From a virus (Duplodnaviria > Caudoviricetes), in IMG/VR virus record IMGVR_UViG_3300048848_000017, positions 1-42,875 of that record: a DNA stretch of 42,875 bases. The stretch is one strand, 5' to 3'. Position 1 is the first letter of the stretch, and each line of letters starts with the position of its first letter. The notes under the pieces were generated by a model. The model worked only from the letters and a program-made list of their open reading frames with translations. It was not told the DNA's origin and searched no databases. Positions 35,945 to 42,875 of this stretch are shown here, piece after piece. Made by a program: the position numbers and the translations under genes.

Positions 35945-36918
35945 TGGACCTTGACGTTGCGGAGCACAGCCGCAGCCTTGGTGGCCTTGAGTGCGACACC
36001 GATCGGGCCGAGTTCGACCTCACCGGTCTTCACTGCGCCGGCGACCGAGAAGTCCGGGAGCCACGTCTTGACCAGCGATCCGCCTGTGGTGGAGACACCG
36101 TGGAAGGCGTCGAGACCGAAGCGGACGGCGTAGATGTCGGTCGATCCTGCGGCCTGCGCGGGCGGGCCGGTGACAGCGCCGACGCGGACGGGTACGACGT
36201 CCGAAGCCGAACCGGCCTTGTATCCGGCGTCGATCAGGCGGACGTTGCCGTACGAACTGATCGTGGTGTTGCGGGGGCCGGGGGCCTGCACGTACTGCGA
36301 GGTACGGCGGGCAGCCGACTGGATGCGGGCGATGGCCTTGCGGTTCGCGATGATCGCACCCGGCTCACCGTTGAGCTTCGAGATCAGCTCATCCAGCGTT
36401 TCGAGGACCACGTAGCTCTTGGCCTCGTCCATGGTGCCGGACCAGTCGTAGGCGGTGAAGTCCTCTGTGGTGGACCCTGCGAGGGCCTTGGACAGGCCGT
36501 CGAAGCTGTTGGCGGTGACCGCCGAGTCGCCGTTGATGACGGTGTCACCGAACAGTGCCTGGGTGGACTTGATCTTCTGCGACAGGTTCAGTGCCACCGA
36601 TGCGGTCGCGGCCGGCCCGATGTTCGCGAGGATGCGGTCGACCTGGAACGATCCACCGAGCTGCTTGAGGTCCACGTTGTAGCGCTGCGTGGTCACTTCC
36701 TGCGGGCTGTACTCGGCGTTGACCGCACGGAACGCAGCAGTCGACAGGGTCGCGAGGCGGGTGTAGCCGTAGGTGAGGACACCACCGCCACCGATGGGGT
36801 TGACCGCGTCATCGAAGGTGAGGAGGTCGAGGATCTGGTTGGTGCGGAACTCGTCGATCACGTTCAGATCGAGGTCCGTGACGGCGTTCAAAGACGCCTG
36901 GGCAAGGGATACGGGCAT
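35941..36918 (-). CDS. Major capsid protein
   Basis: 325 aa after the scaffold; AGGAGA RBS; VINGD...FDGL motif. Confidence 0.9.
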   Translation of the reverse strand: MPVSLAQASLNAVTDLDLNVIDEFRTNQILDLLTFDDAVNPIGGGGVLTYGYTRLATLSTAAFRAVNAEYSPQEVTTQRYNVDLKQLGGSFQVDRILANIGPAATASVALNLSQKIKSTQALFGDTVINGDSAVTANSFDGLSKALAGSTTEDFTAYDWSGTMDEAKSYVVLETLDELISKLNGEPGAIIANRKAIARIQSAARRTSQYVQAPGPRNTTISSYGNVRLIDAGYKAGSASDVVPVRVGAVTGPPAQAAGSTDIYAVRFGLDAFHGVSTTGGSLVKTWLPDFSVAGAVKTGEVELGPIGVALKATKAAAVLRNVKVQ

Positions 36919-36968
36919 GGTGATTCTCCTGTGTTGTCCCCTACATCAGGCGATTTCGGGGGTATCGG

Positions 36969-37568
36969 TTACTGCGTGGAATAGAACGAGGCGACTGCAC
37001 CGTCGAGGGTGGTTGCCTTTTTCTTGCCGCGGTCGCCGCCCGCTTCCCGGCCGGATGAGTCGGGTGGCGCCGCTTTCTTGAGACGCTCCGCGAGCTTTTT
37101 GGCGCGGTCCTCGATCTTGTCGGCGGGTACTCCGTCGAGTAGTTCGAGGTCGTCTTTGCTGAGGCCGTGGGTGATTGCAGCTTCGGCGAGTGCTGCACGG
37201 CGTTCGGCGGCTTCAGCGCGGGTGACTGCCTCCTGTGCGGCGGCTTCACTCTTCTGCTGATCGGACATCTGCGACTTCTTGAGTGCCGCGAGTTCTTTTG
37301 CGGCGGCCGCGTTCTCTTTGGCTCGCTGCTCGTGCTTGCGGGCCTGGGCTTTCCAGTCGGTCTTGTCGTCGTCCGGCTTGGGATCGTCCTGTGCAGGAGG
37401 ATCAGTCGGCGGGTCGTCAGGGGGGTCTCCTGCTGGTGGGTCTTCGCCGGTGGGCGGGTCTCCGCCTTCCCCGTTGCCGCCGATGACGGGCCAGATGGGT
37501 CCACGCTTGGTCATGCCGAGTGCGGTGAGGCCGGTGACTGGATGTCGAGGCAGGGTCTTGAGGTTCAT
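36969..37568 (-). CDS. Scaffolding protein
   Basis: Acidic/Pro-rich linker and DWKAQARKHEQRAKEN coiled coil. Confidence 0.85.
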   Translation of the reverse strand: MNLKTLPRHPVTGLTALGMTKRGPIWPVIGGNGEGGDPPTGEDPPAGDPPDDPPTDPPAQDDPKPDDDKTDWKAQARKHEQRAKENAAAAKELAALKKSQMSDQQKSEAAAQEAVTRAEAAERRAALAEAAITHGLSKDDLELLDGVPADKIEDRAKKLAERLKKAAPPDSSGREAGGDRGKKKATTLDGAVASFYSTQ

Positions 37569-37772
37569 GAGGGTTTCTCTTCCATGCGGAATAGACCCCA
37601 TGCCATGCGGCGTGGGGTCGAGATGGGTGTTACTGGGTGGCCGTTGCGGCCGATCCTCACCCCGAACGGGGCGGGAAATCTATGACCGGTCCCCTACTCC
37701 GCCGCCCGGAAGCCGACCGCGCCCAGGTTCACTGGGTAGGCGCGCTACTGGGGAGTAGGGATCAAGCTGCTG

Positions 37773-38867
37773 TTATCTTGCGGCGGTGAGGCTTTCGCGG
37801 TTGCGTTGACGCTTAGCCGACGTGCTCGCGACGTGATCGCGGATCTTCGACTGGTACGCGGCGACCTTCTGCTTCGCCTTGCGCGTCCCCTCGGGCGTCA
37901 GCGCCGTCAACTCCTCACGCTTCGCAGCACGCACGCACCGCTCCAGATAGCGGAGCTTCTGCCGAGCCTTGTCACCCTCGGTGTCCGCGGTCTCACCGAA
38001 AGACCGCGTCCGCGGCGTCCACAGGCTGTAGCTATGCCGGCAGTTCGGGTGGAACAGCCCGCGGCCCTTCGCCTGCGATAGCGTGGCGATCACCGGCACC
38101 GCCTTGCCCTTCGAGTCGGTGACCGTGACCGTCTTCCCCGACAAGGTCAGCAGCTTCCCCTCAAACGGCCTGCAACGTTCGCACTCCTGCGGCACATCGG
38201 ACACCACCACCACGTCGAAGCCGTACGACTCCAAGCGTTGCGTGTGCCCTTCGGTCGCCGCGTTCATCAGCGATGTACGGGTGGCCGATTCGACGTAGGT
38301 GGTCATCTCCCAGCGTCGACCGGTGCCATCGGTGTATCCGGTGATCCCTGCGCGGGAGAAGCGTTGCAGCGCGGTCTCAGCGGCTTGGCGTTGTGTCTGC
38401 GCACCCAAGAGTGCGTTGGACGTGACGTCAGCGATCACGCGGCGATAGGTGTCGTCGACGCTGCGGAAGATCTGTCGCCGAGTGTTCGACAAGGTGCCTG
38501 TCAGTTCGGCTGCGACGGCTGCCGCGGCGAAGCTATCCACAGTCGCCATACCAGCGCCCGCAACGAGTGGTGCTTGCGCGGCTGCAGCGATGTCCGCGGT
38601 AGCGACCGCAGCGCCACGATTCACAGCCTTACCGACCGCCTCAGTTGCAGCGGCCGGGGTGTCGGTCATCAGCTTCTCAAGCACAGCCTCGGCTTGCGCC
38701 CGGTATCGTTGCACTTCGATCAACTGCGCCTCCGACCAGTGCTCGCCGTCGATGCCCTTCGTGAGGGCTTTGGCGAGTTTGGTGAGGAGTTCCTGTTCGG
38801 CCCAGCCATACATTTCGAGGAGCTTCGCGAGAAGCGTCTCGGTTTGTACGCCTGGTTGGAGTGGCAT
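37773..38867 (-). CDS. Minor capsid protein (phage minor capsid 2 / MuF-like)
   Basis: CERCRPFEGK...GLFHPNCRHS motifs; follows the portal. Confidence 0.85.
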   Translation of the reverse strand: MPLQPGVQTETLLAKLLEMYGWAEQELLTKLAKALTKGIDGEHWSEAQLIEVQRYRAQAEAVLEKLMTDTPAAATEAVGKAVNRGAAVATADIAAAAQAPLVAGAGMATVDSFAAAAVAAELTGTLSNTRRQIFRSVDDTYRRVIADVTSNALLGAQTQRQAAETALQRFSRAGITGYTDGTGRRWEMTTYVESATRTSLMNAATEGHTQRLESYGFDVVVVSDVPQECERCRPFEGKLLTLSGKTVTVTDSKGKAVPVIATLSQAKGRGLFHPNCRHSYSLWTPRTRSFGETADTEGDKARQKLRYLERCVRAAKREELTALTPEGTRKAKQKVAAYQSKIRDHVASTSAKRQRNRESLTAAR

Positions 38868-38876
38868 CGGTCTAGC

Positions 38877-40484
38877 TTACTGCGGCGGGAACGGCGGAGC
38901 GTCGGCCTCAGCCTCAGGGGCGGGGGCCTCTTCGGTCGGTGCAGGGTCGCCCACCACTGGTGTCTCGCCGGGGAAGTCCACAGCGACAGGTGCGCGGTCG
39001 TTGACGATCTTGTCGACCTCATCCATGACCTGCTCGTCATCCCAGTCGGGGTGAACGATACGGACCTTCGTCTCCGTCGACGCCGCCTCAGCCTGCATCA
39101 ACAGTTGCACCGTCTCCGCGAGCACCTTCGGGGACGCCTGATGCGACTCCGGCCAATCCACCTGGACAGGCTCGGACGGCAACGGGCCGCCGAAGATCCA
39201 CGATTCAGCGTGCAACTGGGCGGTCGCCAAACGGGACAGCGCCCACAGCTTCGTCTTCGCCGACCGCGTGCTGTTGGTGTCACGCTCCTTGGCGTTCACC
39301 TCAGTCGCCGTCGCCGCCACCTCATCCTGCAAACCGAACGTGATCGGGCTATAGCCGGCACGCGAGATCGCACGACGCAACAACCCATCAAAGATGCGGA
39401 GATGCTCATCGACACGGATGTCGAACTGCTGCGCCTCCATCACCGTTGTCATTGAACCTTTCTCGGACGCGGTGCCTACCTTTGAAAATATCGCCTGGTC
39501 CAGGTCGAATGATGTTCCGCGGCCAATGCCTGTGGACGTGAGCAGTGTGTCTGAGATGAACATGCGTCCACGCCCGAGATCCAGATCCCGGATCAGCGAG
39601 GACCACGCTTCGTCACAGGCGTCGAGAAGGTGTAGGACATCGCGGGTTAGGTCAGCGCGGCCCAGGTGTTTGAGTTTCGGTTCGTTCCGCCACTGAGGAT
39701 TCGGACGCCAGTTCGGCATGTACTCCGCGAGTAGCCCAGAGTCGGACGGCACCGTGTAGCCCGAGTTCTGGTCAAGTTTCGCGGCGAGGTGCGCGGTGTC
39801 TGGGTGCTCGTCGAGTGTGACTACCTGACCGATGTTGTCGGCCTTGCCTTTGTATAGGGCGTGGTCGATTCGGCCGCGTTTGCCTTCGGTGGAGTAGTGC
39901 TCGATGTGCCGGTAGGTTGCGTTGTCGTCAGATTCCAGTTCGGTCCAGAACGTGACCTCGGACAGTTGTCCCCATTTGAATGTGGGGATGGCGTGGTCGG
40001 CGTCTACCCAGTCGATCCAGGTGTGGTCGCGGACGTTCTTGTCCCACACGATCCGCCCGAATACACCAGACAGCATGGACGCCGACTCGGCACCGACCAA
40101 CATGCCTGAATAGGTGGCGTCAGTGTTGAGGATCGCATCAATGGTGTCTTGCACCTTGACATCGCCAGACGGGTCAGAAAAGGAGACGGGCTCAGAGAAC
40201 AGGGTGGATGCTGCGATACGACCGATGTCCGCTGCCACGGGGACGTGCAGTCGCTTTGGGGCGTTCGCCGCCGGCCTGGGACGTCCCCAGAAGCCGTCGA
40301 TCGCACCCTTCACGCGCTGCCGAATCCCAGACGGCGACGCCGCATCACCGTGGCCACGGGCGTAGAACGCCGCCAACTTGTCCGGGTCGCCTTCCCACCA
40401 CACTTGCCGTTCCTGACATGCAGCCAACACCACGTCGTGCGGTGCGGGCGGCCACGCGGTGTTGGGGGTGGGTAGTCCGGTCAC
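38877..40484 (-). CDS. Portal protein
   Basis: 535 aa after TerL; TATEV...HPDWDDEQV motifs. Confidence 0.9.
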   Translation of the reverse strand: MTGLPTPNTAWPPAPHDVVLAACQERQVWWEGDPDKLAAFYARGHGDAASPSGIRQRVKGAIDGFWGRPRPAANAPKRLHVPVAADIGRIAASTLFSEPVSFSDPSGDVKVQDTIDAILNTDATYSGMLVGAESASMLSGVFGRIVWDKNVRDHTWIDWVDADHAIPTFKWGQLSEVTFWTELESDDNATYRHIEHYSTEGKRGRIDHALYKGKADNIGQVVTLDEHPDTAHLAAKLDQNSGYTVPSDSGLLAEYMPNWRPNPQWRNEPKLKHLGRADLTRDVLHLLDACDEAWSSLIRDLDLGRGRMFISDTLLTSTGIGRGTSFDLDQAIFSKVGTASEKGSMTTVMEAQQFDIRVDEHLRIFDGLLRRAISRAGYSPITFGLQDEVAATATEVNAKERDTNSTRSAKTKLWALSRLATAQLHAESWIFGGPLPSEPVQVDWPESHQASPKVLAETVQLLMQAEAASTETKVRIVHPDWDDEQVMDEVDKIVNDRAPVAVDFPGETPVVGDPAPTEEAPAPEAEADAPPFPPQ

Positions 40485-41761
40485 AATGCCACCCCCTCAA
40501 GCTGGTTGTCTGGTTGTCTGGTTGCTTCGTGGAGATCGATGTACGACTGCCACATAATTCGGCTTGAGAAGATCGCGTAGCGGAGCGCGTCGACGTTGTC
40601 GTCGTCCGCTTTCACGGGTGCGTCCTCGCCCTTGTCCGCCTTCTTCTCGTCCCACGAGTAGCCGGGTAGCTCGTCGATCAATTCGGTGCATGTGTCCGAG
40701 ATGAACAGGCGCCCAGCGGAAAGCAGTGCGGCGACAATCCCAATGCCGTCCAACACATCTTTCATTGCGTTGAACACGTTCGGAATCCCCGATTGGTGCA
40801 CTTGCAGGATCAGTCCTGCGCCACCGCCGCCGGGGTCGATGAAGGTGAACTCTGGCACGCCGTGCAGTTGGTAGAAGTGGGTCAAGGATGTTGCGCGTTC
40901 CGCTTCGGTCCCTTTGGGTGGGGTCCATTCGGCGATGACGTACAGGTTGCTGTCGACGCCTAGCCCGAGGAGTTGCCCGCGGGTTGGGTGTTGGACTCCG
41001 AAGTCGATGCCACAGGCGAGGAAGCGTTGCATGGGCGGCAGTTCAGCTACGACGTGGCGGTCGGGGTCGAACATGTCATAGATGGCGCCTGCGGCGACTG
41101 ACCAGAGTCCGTCGATCATGCGTTTGCGCCATAGCCCGGTGTACTGGGCGTAGTACGACTCGATTAAGCCTTCGGGGAGGAACTCTCGGTTGTCTTCGAG
41201 GCTGAAGTGGAAGACTTTGTGGCCGCGTTCTTCTGCGCGGTCGATCCACTGCTTCTTAAGCCAGTGGGATGGTCCCCCAGGATTGGTCGTGCAGAACACT
41301 TGCGCTCCTGGTGCTGAGCAGCGGCCCATCAGTTGGTTAAAGAACTCTTCGGCGACGAGGCTGACCTCGTCGACATAGGCCACTGAGACGGTCAGGCCTC
41401 GGATCACGTTCTCTGCTCGCGCATCCGATGAACCAATTACGTGGACGGTTCGCCCTAGGATTTTCGCTGTTGGCGCGCCGCGGTTGTATTCGATGTGGCC
41501 GACGAACATTCCGAAGATGGTTACGTCCATCATCGGGCCGATGATGTTGCGGAACACGGTGTCGCGGGTGCGGCCAATGAGGACGATCTCGCCTGTGGTT
41601 GGCGCCTTGGCGATAGCCATGAGGAACTTCACCAGAGAGCCGATTGTCTTGCCGGATCGGATGGCTCCGTGCCACAGGTTTATTTGCTGTAGGTTCGCTT
41701 GGGCGGTCGCCCCACCGATGCTGCGCCATTGCTTTTCGGTGAAGCCGGGTAGGTCAGTCAT
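40481..41761 (-). CDS. terL: Terminase large subunit
   Basis: Walker A GAIRSGKT, Walker B YVDE, TTNP, GIDFG, DALRY. Confidence 0.95.
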   Translation of the reverse strand: MTDLPGFTEKQWRSIGGATAQANLQQINLWHGAIRSGKTIGSLVKFLMAIAKAPTTGEIVLIGRTRDTVFRNIIGPMMDVTIFGMFVGHIEYNRGAPTAKILGRTVHVIGSSDARAENVIRGLTVSVAYVDEVSLVAEEFFNQLMGRCSAPGAQVFCTTNPGGPSHWLKKQWIDRAEERGHKVFHFSLEDNREFLPEGLIESYYAQYTGLWRKRMIDGLWSVAAGAIYDMFDPDRHVVAELPPMQRFLACGIDFGVQHPTRGQLLGLGVDSNLYVIAEWTPPKGTEAERATSLTHFYQLHGVPEFTFIDPGGGGAGLILQVHQSGIPNVFNAMKDVLDGIGIVAALLSAGRLFISDTCTELIDELPGYSWDEKKADKGEDAPVKADDDNVDALRYAIFSSRIMWQSYIDLHEATRQPDNQLEGVAL

Positions 41762-42248
41762 TGGTCTCGCGGGCGAGTTCTTCTAGGGCCTCTTGCATCT
41801 TGGTCAGTGCTGCCCTTGCGACGTCGGAGGATCGGGCGGCGCCGATGCGTTCGAGGTTGGCGTGGGTGGTGATGAGTCGGTCGACGGCGGCTGTGAACTC
41901 GGCTACGGCTTTGGCGTCGGGTAGGTCGAGGGTGATTTCTCGTGGTCCGTCTGGGCTGTTCGCGATGACCACGTATTCGTCCCAGATGCGTTCGCGGAGG
42001 TTGAGTGCGTCGGCTAGGACGAGTGCGGCGAGTTGTTCGCGTTGTGCTGCGAGGCGGTCGCGTGTGGCTTGCGTTGCCGCTTCGGCTGTTCTGCCGTTGG
42101 GTGTGAGGCCTAGCCGTTTCATGCGGCGGCTGATGTAGCCGACGTTGAGGTTGTCGAGGTGTTGGCTGATGGTGGCTAGGCTTGCGCCTCGGGCGTGGTG
42201 TTCGCGGAGTGTGGAGTCCTGTTCGGGGGTCCATTCGTGTCGCGGCAT
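41754..42248 (-). CDS. Terminase small subunit (HTH)
   Basis: N-terminal HTH; overlaps the TerL start. Confidence 0.7.
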   Translation of the reverse strand: MPRHEWTPEQDSTLREHHARGASLATISQHLDNLNVGYISRRMKRLGLTPNGRTAEAATQATRDRLAAQREQLAALVLADALNLRERIWDEYVVIANSPDGPREITLDLPDAKAVAEFTAAVDRLITTHANLERIGAARSSDVARAALTKMQEALEELARETND

Positions 42249-42316
42249 GGTTGCCTCGCAGGGGTGTTGGGGTGTCCGGCTCCCGTGCGGGTGCTGGTGT
42301 GCCCCGTGCGGGGCTG

Positions 42317-42562
42317 TTAAGGCGTGGGCCTTGAGGTGGTGGTGTCTAGGTTGTGGCCTTGATTGCGGAGTTCTGCGGCGATGTTGTCGAGGACTGGGCG
42401 CATCTGGATTTCGAGGAGTGCTTTTTGGGTGTCGCTTGCCGCGTTGTAGGTCGCTTGGATGGTGGCGAGGACGCGGGGTTCGTAGTTGATGCTTTCGAGG
42501 TGGGCGATGAACTCGGGCATCGTCATGGTGTCGGCCGCGGCGTCGTTGCGGTGCTTACCCAT
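42317..42562 (-). CDS. Hypothetical protein (MGKHRND...)
   Basis: TAATG coupling. Confidence 0.55.
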   Translation of the reverse strand: MGKHRNDAAADTMTMPEFIAHLESINYEPRVLATIQATYNAASDTQKALLEIQMRPVLDNIAAELRNQGHNLDTTTSRPTP

Positions 42563-42795
42563 TACCTGCGTGTCTTTCGTGTGGGTGTCCAGTGGTCGAG
42601 GTCGCCTTCGGTGATGCGTTCGCCGTGCGTGGCTGCGAGGGTGTCGAACTGGGCGCCGGCTGTGATGAGGTCGAGGATGGTGGTGTCGGTTTCGCCTGGT
42701 ACGGGGTCGAACCCTGTGCCCGTGGAGCTTTCCCAGAGGACGCCGCGTGGTTTGCGGACTGTGCACCACCTGCCGGGACCACGACGCTCAGCCAT
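42562..42795 (-). CDS. Hypothetical protein
   Basis: 77-aa ORF with a GGGAG RBS; starts inside the end overlap. Confidence 0.55.
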   Translation of the reverse strand: MAERRGPGRWCTVRKPRGVLWESSTGTGFDPVPGETDTTILDLITAGAQFDTLAATHGERITEGDLDHWTPTRKTRR

Positions 42796-42875
42796 GGGCG
42801 CACTCCCGAATCTGCTTGTCGATGGCCTTCTCGTAGATGCAGTCGTCGCAGAGTTCGCCGCAGTTGATGCAGGTT
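42729..42875. repeat. Terminal direct repeat, copy 2
   Basis: Matches 1-147. Confidence 0.95.

Noticed and set aside
1-42875. DGR, retron, toxin-antitoxin or DNA-modification system
   Set aside because: No reverse transcriptase, methyltransferase or recognisable toxin was seen; the duplicated segments do not show adenine-specific variation.

Overview
The window is an essentially complete temperate siphovirus genome of about 42.7 kb, assembled as a circle (147-bp end overlap). The host is a high-GC mycolic-acid actinobacterium, probably Gordonia/Rhodococcus-like (inferred from LysB, lysin A architecture and the att core). Most genes are on the minus strand. The late arm runs TerS/TerL, portal, minor capsid, scaffold, capsid, head-tail proteins, tail tube, tail chaperones with a -1 frameshift, tape measure, minor tails, lysis cassette, and an SGNH-esterase tail protein. 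A divergently transcribed accessory region of small ORFs follows (11.5-17.5 kb), then attP (3' half of tRNA-Gly CCC) and a tyrosine integrase, an immunity region, and an early recombination/replication operon. Main observations: (1) a small gene antisense to and overlapping the repressor, whose promoter has a perfect LexA box and an exact PafBC (RecA-NDp) motif, a candidate dual-input DNA-damage induction switch; (2) a NUMOD4-HNH endonuclease inserted in the 5' end of a tail gene, carrying a synonymously recoded replacement of the disrupted start; (3) an accessory island with a palindromic operator set, a repeated gene-boundary motif and shuffled peptide modules. All calls are by-eye motif recognition; no searches were run.
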